Below, piece by piece: positions 11,977-23,362 of a DNA stretch of 64,000 bases. The DNA lies in contig CM068754.1 in the NCBI GenBank assembly GCA_035084275.1, positions 4,030,001 through 4,094,000 on the forward strand, written 5' to 3'. The position numbers were made by a program, and so were the translations under genes. Within the stretch, counting starts at the first letter, position 1, and each line of letters begins with the position of its first letter. The notes under the pieces are model-generated. The model was not told the DNA's origin. It saw nothing but the letters and a program-made list of their open reading frames with translations, and made no database searches. The DNA comes from Hydrolagus colliei (taxonomy: Eukaryota).

Positions 11977-13224
11977 CTGGAGTAAACACAGAAGAGAAAC
12001 AATATTGCAGTTCAGTAGGCGCAAACTAACTTTTGTTTCTCTCTGAACAAAGTTAGGAACTTGTGCCACCATCACAGCATATTTGTTAATCACATTTTCA
12101 AACCTTTTTTCCACATCCCTTAATGCCTTTTTCCCCCACCGAGAAATATCTATGTAAGAGCTACGGGATGCTACCCCACGTGAAGGGCACTATATAAACG
12201 CAAGTTATTTCTCTTCTAAACATCCTAATCAATACTTACCTGCAGCCTGGCAGAGTAATCCATTCCATATTCTTACCACTCTTGGGTTTCAAATCTCGCT
12301 TTTAACCGGTTTAGAATCTGTTTTATTTTTAAAATGACATCCTATTGCTTTGGATCCCTCAATCAAATGTCCCTATTTGGTTTAACAATTCATTATTTAA
12401 AAAACTATTCAGTTAGCAAAGAACATCTGTCCTGACTGGTTGCAATACAATGAAAAGCTACACATGAGTGAGTCTGCTCCTCTGAGTAGGTTACAGATGG
12501 GAGTTGAATTAACAAAAAAAACGGAAAATAAGATCCAGAAAGAGTATTTCCCACCCACCCGGATTCCACTCGTTTAGCAACACAAGACAGGATTATTTCT
12601 CAGTTCATTCCAAATAGGAAACATGCTTGTTTGACACATCATTCCTGGGATAAGCTGCGTCCTACACTGAGTGAAAAATGATCCGTTACAGGAGCAGAAA
12701 GCACTGCTCCATTGGGTGTAGTTGGAGTGGGAACTTTGGTCTATCCACAGTTGGCCATCTCTGGGAAAGTTCAGAAAGTTCATCCTGGGAACCAGCCAAA
12801 TGTCTTGGGGTCAGATGGCTCCAGATCAGTTCTCAAGGCAATCCAAATCCCCAACTAAAACCAATGGAGCCACACTGAAATATGTTCAGCTCCCAAAAAA
12901 AGATATTTTTAAAAAGATCTCCCTAGGCTTTGTTTACCCATGAGATTTTGTTTTCAGCAGCACAAATACAGTAATGAAAGACACTTAAGGGAGCCCAGTT
13001 TTCTGTTAAGCAAACCAGGTTGACTCGATTTTAGAACAAGTAGATGGATTGTCTGTTGCAGGAATAATGCCACAAGAATGGAATTAAAATCACAAAATTA
13101 CTAATCTGCTTTATCCCAGCTATCCCGAATGAATAATTACCAGTATTACACAAAAGAAAAGAATATGAAATAATAAGAGGCAGATGGTGGGGGTGCGGAG
13201 AGAGTGAGAAATGTAAAGCAACAG

Positions 13225-13555
13225 CAACTTGCACTTAAATAGCGCTCTCCACAGGGTTGTGTCTCGGAGCGCTTAACAGTGGCGGAGCCTGACTCTGAGC
13301 TGGGACGAGGTGCCCATAAGCATGGTCGAAGACAAAAGTTTTCAGATGGGATTGAAGGATGGGATAGAGGAGGCAAAACAGAGGGATTGCGAGAGAGTTT
13401 GCCAGAGTTTTGAGGCATAGTGACTGAAATGGTTGGGTGGAGGGTGTGAGGCATGAGCAGGAGGCCGGTGCCAGTCTAGTGGAGACGCAGGGTGATGGAT
13501 TGGGGGAGTGAAGTGGTCGGAGGGATGGGGAGGTACCAAGGAGTGAATGGACTTC
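13225..13555 (-). mobile_element. Degraded L2 LINE 3' fragment
   Basis: Reverse complement resembles the L2 3' coding end and UTR, ending in gcgctatttaagtgcaagttgctgttg. Confidence 0.55.
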
Positions 13556-14008
13556 ACAAAAATGGAATTAATGTCAAAAAATTACCAACAATTCAAATGT
13601 CAATGCTGATCTGCTTCATCCCAGTTATCACAAATGAATAATTACCAATATTATAAAACTAGCATAGAATGTAAAGCTGAGGCATCTAGGAATTATTTCT
13701 CATGTAAAGGATAATGAATAGCTGCTAGCCTTTGACTCAATCAACCAATTTGCATGGGGGTCATAAAATCTAACAATGTTTGAGTTGGCTCAGGAATATC
13801 AGCAATATTACAGTAGTTGAAAGACAGTACAGTATCAGATATTTCTTATAGGAAATACTAAAACAGTCACATTCATACTGAAATTCAAAGGCATATGTCA
13901 GCAGCTCTCTGCGCAATCATGCACAAGTCATGTGCTCACCCAGGGATGTGTGGAAACAGGTTACGAAGTTGGACAAATAGAGTACACTGACAACCTGCTA
14001 GATGGATT

Positions 14009-14310
14009 GTGGGGTCCTGTATTTCAGTGGTTAGAGCACTCACCTAACAATTGAGAGACAATTTGGGTTCCATTCAAGGTAAGGTGAAACATTGGGCAAG
14101 TTTCCTTAGTCCACACATCTAATATTAATCCCTCAAGAAAAAATGATTGATCATTTCAATCCAATTTGTGGGAAACTGCTGTGTGCAATTGGCTGCCGCG
14201 TTTTGCCCACAAATATACAATCAATTAATTTTACAGTATGTTCTGTGAAGCGCTTTGAGACGTCTAGAAGATGTGAAAAGTGCCATATGAAATGCAAGGA
14301 TTATTATGAT
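14009..14310 (+). mobile_element. Deu-domain tRNA-SINE
   Basis: Same head, core and tail as 8538-8842. Confidence 0.88.
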
Positions 14311-15517
14311 TCTTATGGATAATGAAAGTTTGTTCTAGGATTGAGGCAATTACTATCCTCTCAAGATTACGTTTGAATGAGAAACCCAACAGAAGCATCT
14401 ATGCCAGGACCCTGCATAGATATGTGTAGGTGTCAAGCAAATTACAATTCTGTGCACTCTGTATTTACTGTGCTCCCAGCTGCACCATGGTTAATTGAGG
14501 ATTCGCTCCCATCAACAAGATTAACATGAAAACCCAACTCAAGAGGCTGTTTGCCTGAAGGCAGTGTCAGCTCGGTCAGTACTAGTGTTGATGAACACAG
14601 CAATCAGTTGGACGGCTGGCGAGGCTTTCCTATGTGAGCCAACGCAGTGCCCTTTCCCCTCAAGAACAAATACACATACAGTGGCCAGATAGAAAGTTGT
14701 GAATCATGATTTGAAAACTGAGCTTCGGCTTCCGCTGAATCTGCCCGTAGCACAAACCCACAGCAAAAATCTTCGGGCCATAAATCCGTCATAATTCAAG
14801 CAACAGATGTACTTCATTACTTGTGCTGAGACCTCAAAGATTGAAAAGAACATCAAGCATCTTGCATATGTATGATAAAAACATCTGACTGGAATGAAAT
14901 TATATCCATCTGGTTTGCATTTGTTAATCAACACAATGTAAGTCTTTTTTATCAAAAGAATGAACTGCAAATGTTCATGTATCATGTAGCAAATTGAACT
15001 ACATGTAAATTTATCTTCTTCATACTTAAAAAATAAAATAAACATTTCCAGTGACAGGCAGCTCTGTTGTTGCTGATGACAATCTAAATTGGTACATTCT
15101 CTGCTGCTAGCGCATCACCCAATGCAGTAAATATCCTTGATTATATTATTTGACACACTTTCTGCTGCATTGGTAAATGTCACATTCCTGAAAGCAACTC
15201 CCCTGAAAGCTCAGTTGCTAACTCTCTTGCCTCTGAGTCAGAAGGCTGTAAGTTCAAGCCTCATATCAGGCCTTTGCTCTGACAGTCGAGGCTGTGAAAC
15301 CGATGCAGTACTAAGGAGTTTGGAATTCGCTGTGCACATAACAGCTACCACATCAACCTACAAAAACAGTCACTAAATATGCAATTACTGCAACGAGGTT
15401 ATCCTGTATAAAGTGCAATCAAAATGAAAGTTCCTTTTTTCGAAGCAGCAACATTTACAAACATGGAAAATGCACAGATGATCTGAAGCATACACTGAAA
15501 TATCATCCAGACTTGAT

Positions 15518-16415
15518 TAGGGTCCGTCGATATGGAAAATTTTCCGATTAGATATATCGATGGGCTCATATCGAGATATACCGAAATATCGATATTTTCA
15601 GTTTTTTCGTACCGCGCATTCGCGGTACGAAAAAACTGAAAACCATTCCGGGTGCGCCCGCATTCGGGGCCTATCTCCTCAGGAGGTAAATATCTTTCTC
15701 TCTCTGTGTCTCTCACTCTCTCCATCTCTGTGTTTTTCTGTCTGTGTGTCTCTGTGTCTCTCTCCCTCTCTCCTCTCCCACATTCCCCCCCATCTCTCTC
15801 TATTTGTATATTATCACATCCACCCCGTCTCTCTCCCCCTCCCCACCTGCCGTCCCTCTCTTGCACCCCCCACCCCCGTCGTCTCTCTCCCCCACCACCC
15901 CCCCAGCCGTCTCTTTCTCCCTCCCCCCCCCGCCGTCTCTCTCTCCCTCCCCCCCCAGCCGTCTCTCTCACCACCCCCAGCCGTCTTTCTCCCCCCAGCT
16001 GTCTCTCTCTCTCTCCCCCCAGCCGTCTCTCTCCCCCTCTCCCCCCCCCAGCCGTCTATCTCCCTCTCCCCCCAGCCGTCTCTCTCCCCCTCCCCCCAGC
16101 TGTCTCTCTCCCCCTCCCCCCCAGCCGTCTCTCTACCCCTCACCCCCCCACCCCCAGCCGTCTCTCTCACCCCACAGCCCTTGTGTACTTGTATATTGTA
16201 TTCGAGGATTGTGAATACAATATGGCGGCTTTGCACCTCGGTCTGTGCATTGTGTATAGAGATGAGCATTCTGGGTATTGTAGTTCAGTGTGCTCGCATC
16301 CCGATTTTTTACCTCGATATATCGTTTTTCGATATATTTTAAATGTTTATATCGGCATATCGATATGAAAATTATATCGGGTTTTATCGATATATCGATA
16401 TATCGCCGGACCCTA
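15518..16415 (+). mobile_element. Non-autonomous hAT element (copy 1) with internal C-rich minisatellite
   Basis: TIRs TAGGGTCCGTCGATAT / ATATCGCCGGACCCTA. 8-bp TSD GACTTGAT (15510-15517, 16416-16423). Subterminal CGATAT repeats and internal (CCCCCAGCCGTCTCTCT)n. Confidence 0.92.
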
Positions 16416-16934
16416 GACTTGATTTACCACAAGTAAGAACATTGTACTGTATTCTGTTAATTTTGGCCCTATTGATGGAGCAGTATCAAAGGGCGTTCCG
16501 AAAAGTTTTTTGTGGGTTGTTTGTAGGAGAAAGTCTCTCCCCATAAAGGGGGGAGCGTAAGAGAGTGGGGGGTTTGTTTGGCCTGTAAGTGAAGGATGGC
16601 AGAGCTGGGATTAGCCTGTTTGTAACTGCACCCTGTAAATAAAGGCAGCAGGGTAGAGAAGCCAGGAGGCCCTGGTGCTGGAAATTGAATAATAGGTGTC
16701 TGTGTGTGTGACGAGAATAGAACTGTGTTTCCACAAATCTGGTGGAAATTTTTGTTTTGACGGCATTTTTTTTTGCGAGAGGATAAAGACAGGGCCGTTG
16801 CGTATGTTTACACGGTGGGGATTGTTCTGTTGTTTGGTGTGTGTTGTCACGGGGATGAAAATATATATATTTTTAAATAAATATATATTTTATATATAAA
16901 AAAAAGTGGACATGAAGCAATTTTAAACGGCATT

Positions 16935-17455
16935 GAACTCGCACACAGTTTTTGGTCCCATGACCCTCCTTTTCAATCGTAGCTGAAACCCTTATCCATT
17001 CATTTATCACCTCCTGCCTCAACCATTGCAATGCCCTCCTCGCTTGTGTCCCCAGCTCCACCATTCACAAAAATCCAACTAATCCAAAACTCCGCTCCCA
17101 TATACTCATCAGCATCTGTACCCCCACAACACCACTGTCCTTGCCAAGTTCCAATGGCTACTATGTTAAACGGTTTGATTTCAAGATCCAACAACTCAGG
17201 TACAAATCATTTCGCGCTCTGGCATCTCCTTACCTGCACCTGCTTATACCACATACCACTACCATTTGCTTTCGTTCAACCATGGAACTCTCTGCCTCAA
17301 TCCCTCCATCTTGGCTTCTCCTTGGTCCTGTTCAAATCACACCTGAATATCTTCCTCTTCAACCATGCTTTCGGTCACTTCCCCCCTCTCCCTGGCTTGT
17401 TAATCGCTCTGAGATGCTACCCACATGAGGGGCACTAAATACATACAACTTCTTG
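16935..17455 (+). mobile_element. Degraded L2 3' fragment
   Basis: Remnant of ETLIHxFITSxL...IQLIQNSA in gaaacccttatccattcatttatcacctcc...aaaatccaactaatccaaaactccgct, followed by an L2-like tail. Confidence 0.7.
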
Positions 17456-18249
17456 TGGGATAAGACATTACATCAAGATCCTGGTTTCCTGTTCAGTCTA
17501 GTAAATGTCTTGTGCCAAGAATTGCATTACAGTGACTGGCCCAAGGGGCTACTTGATTTTAACAATCCATTGCCAAGCAAGTCACATTGCAGCTAGTGCG
17601 AGGAGACCCCACTTACCTCTCTGCTGCAATTAATGAGCTCTTTGCCTTTATCAAAATATACTAAATGACATGGATATCACTCAACAATTCTGTGTCCATA
17701 CTCACATTTTCCCAATGGCAATATCACAGCATTAAAACTACACACATCTACAAAACATACCTCTTATTTTTCAACTGCAATATTTTAAAAAAAGCTTGCT
17801 TAAATATATTTTTAAAATGTTTTTAATTATGAAAGACCTACTGAGTCAACACAGGAGCAACCTCTTATAGCCGTTTCTAATGTTTTTCCACCTCCTCCCA
17901 TCCATAGGAATGAAGTATCTGGCTTCTTGTGGAGTATCTTATCAGACTATTACATACAGCAACCAATTATACCTTCACAGAGATTAGGAAATGTCAGTAG
18001 CTCAGTATCCAGCAGATTGTCATTTCAACCCCTGCTGTGAATGCTGGGCAAGTTCTGATTGCTTCAATGATATTGGAAGCGTTTGTGCCATCAGAGAGGA
18101 TACAGCTGCATTTTTGTGCATGTAGTAAGGTGTGGTGGGGGGGAGTCATTATGTCACTCATTGCTAATTTATAATCTGTTGCACCGAAGAAAAGGAAGTG
18201 GGCTTCATCTGCCCTTCAAATGAAAAGATACAGCAGTGTCCCTCCATTC

Positions 18250-19286
18250 CAGGCCCGTACGCAGGATTTTTAATGGGGGGGTGCGAATTGCTAGTGATGG
18301 GACCAACAATGGCCGGCGGCTTGGGGGCTGCCCAAGAGGGCCCCTGGCGGGGGTGAAGGGGGCAAAGCCCCCTCGAGGCTCCGACGTTTTACACAGTTTG
18401 AGGTCATATTTTACACATTTTTGCGGTCATATTTTTTTTGCATGCCAGTGGACGTCTCTAAAAGCAATTTTTAATTACAGGAATACATTTTTAATAATAT
18501 AAATCAAATGTGATAATCAAGACAAAACAAGAAACATGATATTTCAGAAACACGCCTATCAAAACTTAAGTCATTTTTACTTACATTTATCAGATTAAAA
18601 TATGATTTCAGCTTCCACAAAGTGGTGCTACCTTTTTATGTAGTGACTGTATACGGGATGATTTCCGATTGACACACCACATAGAAATAGGCGCTAAAGC
18701 ATAGGCCTACGTCTATGAGTATCTTTTTTAAAGATAGGCATTTCCGTCCAGACACATATCACTTTTTTGTTGGGTTCTCAAAAGCTTTAATTTCTCAGAA
18801 GCTTGTAAATATGTTGTCATTGTTTGCTAGCATTACAGTCACACCTCTCAAAACTTGAGTAATTTTTACTTACGGTGATCAGATGAAAAGATGATTTTAA
18901 CTTCCAGAAGTGGTGCTGTCCCTTGTGGCTGTATACGGGATGATTTCCAAACGAGGATGGATTTGAGTCCTGGTGCGCGCCTATGTTTACGCGGTGAGTC
19001 ACAGACTCGCCACGTCATTGACTAGCGCGTCTATCGACGCGGTATGTTTTGGGTAGACACCAATTCTGGTGTGCGAGTAATTTTATATTAATACTAAATC
19101 ATTCAAAGATGTGTATTTATAAGTAATACATAGTTTTGAAGAATTAATTGTTACACAAATGTTCAATAAATTTACTTGGTATTTAAATTTGATAAAAATA
19201 CAATTCTCTACCCCGGAAAATGTGGACCTTTTATAATTTGGGGGGGTGCCTACGCACCCGTCGCACCCCCCCTGCGTATGGGCCTG
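18250..19286. mobile_element. Non-autonomous DNA transposon with 16-bp TIRs and apparent 5-bp TSD (hAT/Tip100-like termini)
   Basis: TIRs CAGGCCCGTACGCAGG / CCTGCGTATGGGCCTG (one mismatch). CATTC lies directly on both sides. CpG-rich, with a diverged internal repeat of about 120 bp. Confidence 0.85.
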
Positions 19287-19514
19287 CATTCAGCAGCACT
19301 TTAATAAAAATGTCTCAAATTACCACATTTCAAATTTGCTCCACACTGCATCCATAACGGCCTTGAAGAAATCACTTGGTTAAAATTGATTTTAAAATGA
19401 ACAAATGCAAAAAGTAGGATATGATTCTTAAGAGGGAATGCTGGGTGTAAACTTTAACCTGCACCGAGGTGCCAAGGGGACCTGTTGTGTGCTGACTGCT
19501 AAAGAGAGTGAGCT

Positions 19515-19878
19515 TGGAGTTCTGTGGCTCAGTGGTTAGAGCACTTGCCTCGCAAGCATGAGGACCTGGATTCAATTCCCAGGCAACGCGAAATGTTGGG
19601 CAAATTCCTTTATCCACATGCCTTTGTTTACCTAGAAGTAAGTAGGAACCGGTTGGTCGCTTTTCCAGGGATAATAATCCCTTAAGAACAATTGAAACAT
19701 TTAGTCACTCAATTGACAACTGTCTGTGGCACACTGCTGTGTCCAATTGGCCGCCATCATTTGACCACAAAATATACACCCAATTCACTCTACAGTATAT
19801 TCTGTGAAGTACTTTGTGATATTTAGAAGACGTGATAAGGCGTTATATTAAATGAAAGGATTACTATCATCATCATCA
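19515..19878 (+). mobile_element. Deu-domain tRNA-SINE, longer variant
   Basis: A and B boxes, extra segment gtttacctagaagtaagtaggaacc, Deu core, L2-type tail. Confidence 0.88.
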
Positions 19879-21520
19879 AAAACAAGCAATATAAGATGGG
19901 TATTTGAGTACATTTTTGATCCTATTCCTTCTCCATTCTACCCCCATTTCTTCTCTCTTTCTCACCTCTGAACTTGTTATAAAGGACTTAATGGGTCCTG
20001 CACCCACTTTATCCAGCGCCTTGGGACGTCCTCCTGAAAGGTGCTATGCAAGTGTAATTTTGTTGATGTTGTTGTTTATACAATGGATATGGTTAGAATC
20101 ATAGAATATTACACTACAGAAGGAGTGCCATCTCTTTGTAAGTTTCTACGAGGAGTGGAGTCAAACATGTGGGCTTCTTTACTGCTAACAGAAGATGCGT
20201 CAAGGGGTGAATCCACCCCATTAACTTTTTCCATTCAGAGCTTTTGCATGAATGAAAAGCAAAAAAAAAAAACTGGCCTTGAGAAGTGGAGGAAAAAAAT
20301 GAAAGATGGGGCAGGGGTGGAGGAGGCGGGTGAAGATAAAGAAAAAACGAAAAGATTTAAACAAACACGAGTACAGTACTCCACAATGAAATACAAAACA
20401 CTTAAAACCACCAGAGAAAATATAGTGAAGAAATAATGGATGGGCATCAATGTCCATCTCCTCACATTCACAGTCTACCCATACAAAATGTTTGGTGATT
20501 GACAGGAAACTAATTAAAATTCGGCAATATTAAACAGTGGCGGTAAACATTCCAGATACTCTGGGTTCAAAGTCCAAAATACAATTCTCTCTCCTTTACA
20601 GAAGCAAATACATAACTTCAAGCTCTAGAATGGTTCAGAATGATACTCAAAACCATACAGCCTAACAGACCCAAATGTGACCCAGTTGCCTTGCAAAGAA
20701 AACAAAGAAATTAGACCGCCTATGATGAATACAGAGTCAGATTGTAGCATATACAAACCATCATTACAAATCATACAGGACCTAGGATTATACAAGGCTT
20801 ATATTCATATAACAATAGTGCGAGTCTGCCAACAGAAACAAATATTAATTCTGACATCTGCTAAACGCATGGAACAGCAAGTTCCTCCACCAAAAAAAGC
20901 TAAAACTTTGAACACAAAAATCAAGTACTGACACTAACCTGTTTCTAATTTAAAAATCATCTTTGTACTCAGCTCTATAATAATGTATAGAGTTAAAATG
21001 TCTTTAAATAATCTATTGCCAAAAAAAGGAATGAAGAAACCGATATGGAGCTGTCTGCATTACAGAAATTATAGAATTCAATCCATAAATCTGCAAAAGT
21101 GACAGATGGGAAAATCACGGAGCAGAGTTTTATTTGGCAGGATGACATTACACCAAAATAAGCAACAAATGACAGTTGTTAGGGCTTCTCCCAATCATTA
21201 TCCAATGACTTCTGCCTGAGTGTGAGATTATGTGCATGTGTGTGGGTGGGTGCACATGCGTGCACTGTACTGGTGTGTCAGCCTTGAGTATATGAGCTCA
21301 TGGGACTTAAAACCACGCCTTTCTGACCCACAGACGAGAGTGCCTGGCGCTGTGTATGGTTGGTGCCAACACAACACCAAGATTTTTGTGATAGTCTTCG
21401 TTTTCCCTTCTCCAATCACATAAAACACTCGCTGCATTTTACTGTATATCCTGTGAAGTGTTTTGGGACATCCTTCCGAAGTGAAAGGCGGTATTATATC
21501 AAATGTAAGGATTATTATTA

Positions 21521-21900
21521 CAGCAAAACCTTTGTGATCCGGCACCCTCGGGTCCTGCCCTGTGCCAAATATGCCGGATATTCGAGCGGCAAGTTGCCGA
21601 AAATCCAACAAAAAAAAATAGCTTATTTTAAAACATACCATATTAATAACTGACTAAATAATAACAGAATATTGTATGGATACTTACCAATAAAACATTC
21701 CAGCACACTCTGTAAAATTATTGGCAAAAAGCATTCCAGCGTTCGGTATGTTTAATAAGTTGCACGCATGCACAAAGTAAACATATTGAGAGTGTCCCGG
21801 ATGGCTGTGGTATGAGATCCGGTTACTGGAATGGTGAATTGGATTGGGAGATACTGGAGTATGCCAGTCGGTTGTGAACCGGATAAACAAGGTTTTACTG
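21521..21900. mobile_element. Tc1/mariner (Tigger/pogo-like) MITE
   Basis: Imperfect TIRs CAGCAAAACCTTTGTGATCCGG / CCGGATAAACAAGGTTTTACTG with TA on both sides. Confidence 0.8.
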
Positions 21901-23088
21901 TATTATCATTTCTGCCTTTCTCCTAGCAGAATTTCTCCATTGGCATATGTCTCATCCCTGCTCCCTAGCCTCCTCTTGCTGAGATGCAGTTCCATGGGTG
22001 GGCCTGGTACCCCACTTGTGGCCATTATTCATCTGTGAGCCTTGGCAATGAGTGTTGGCTCGGCTATTGAATTGTAGAGGGTGCTACTGCCAAGCTAGCC
22101 TGATGTCTCCTTAACCAGATGCCATGATACTCGCAGACAATGTAGAGAGGGTTTGATGAGGGACCAAGAGCAGAACCCAGGCTGACTTTATCTTTTCTAA
22201 CACAGGGCCAATCTAGCCTCGGTTGAGACCGGCAAACTCAGCACCAGGATTCGAACCTTCCAGCAACTCCACCCACTACAGTTACATCATTGGGATAGTC
22301 CCTGGGCAGCAGGTTTTAGCTATTAATTGTGTCCAGCACCTTGGATATTCTCCCAATGTGAACGGTGCAACATAAATGCAATTTGTTGTTGCTGTTGTGT
22401 TTTTCTTCAGGTGACTTTCAGAAGAATGGGATAAATATTTTTTTAATGATTTATGTCTCTGTATCCACAGTTCATGCATAGCATTAATGATTAACATAGT
22501 CAGAATGTATGAACAGATATCTTTACAGAATCTCTGTACAGCATGCCACTCAGTCATTGAAAATTCAGTTTGTATTTTTTCCATTCTGAATTCAAGCTCA
22601 TATTTCCTTGAGATAGTTGCAGGGTGTTTGTCAGGGATGCTTTTTCAGCTTGCACTTGTCCGCTGATTCCAAGGGAATTTGTGCAGCTGAATTCACCTTT
22701 ATCTCACATATCAGCATTGGAATTGTTTTTCTTCAGTTATATTGTGGAACTGCTCTTTTTAGACTGATGACTGCAGATTATACATTACATTCTATAAGAC
22801 CACTCATTTGAACCACTTCAGCAGTTATCTGATCCGGTCCTGGCATCTCCCAACTCCTCACTTCATTTATCTCCTGCCTCAAATTCACTTATTGTACCAG
22901 CCAATTCTTCATTCTTCCTGACTTCTTTCAAGTCACAGAAGATTATTTCAACTGTAATTGTACAACTCTTCAGTTCCAACTTTGTTTCCAACTCTAAATT
23001 CCTTCCGATGTTAGTCAATTTTGGTTTAACACTCCTTCCACTACATGACCCAGTATTTCTTTCTAATTACACAATGCTCCGTTTAAGC

Positions 23089-23362
23089 AATCGCCTCGCA
23101 AGTGAGAGCCCTGGGTTTGGTTCCTGGCAGGAGGACACGTTGGGCAAGTCTCCTTATTCCATATGCGTCTGTTTACCTAGCAGTAAGTAGGAACCTGGTT
23201 GTTAGTCAATTGGCAAATCACTTTTCTGGGGGTAATAATACCTTCAAAAAATAATAATAATTAATCAGTCACTTGAATCCACGACTGTTTGTGGGACACC
23301 GCTATGCGCAATCAGCTGCTGCATTTCGCTCACATAATATACAGACAATTCACTTTACAGTG
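23089..23362 (+). mobile_element. Deu-domain tRNA-SINE (long variant), truncated
   Basis: Partial head, gtttacctagcagtaagtaggaacc segment and Deu core; tail missing. Confidence 0.8.

Noticed and set aside
12230-12300. Phase-1 donor GCT GCA G|gtaagt just upstream of exon 11976
   Set aside because: The upstream frame reads RVVRIWNGL, a CR1 C-terminal remnant, and there is no clear acceptor. The 37435 exon is a much better partner.
15820-16180. Repeat-spacer-like pattern (CAGCCGTCTCTCT with variable intervals) as a CRISPR-like array
   Set aside because: The intervals are low-complexity C/T runs, not unique spacers, and the context is vertebrate with no cas genes.
15399-16368. Long Pro/Ser-rich and Gly/Arg/Glu-rich ORFs (also 41294-42504 and 52348-53576)
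   Set aside because: They are open in several frames because the minisatellite inside the hAT MITEs lacks stop codons. Not genes.
18817-19002. Transposase remnant within the 5-bp-TSD element
   Set aside because: The 61-aa ORF shows no recognisable transposase motif.
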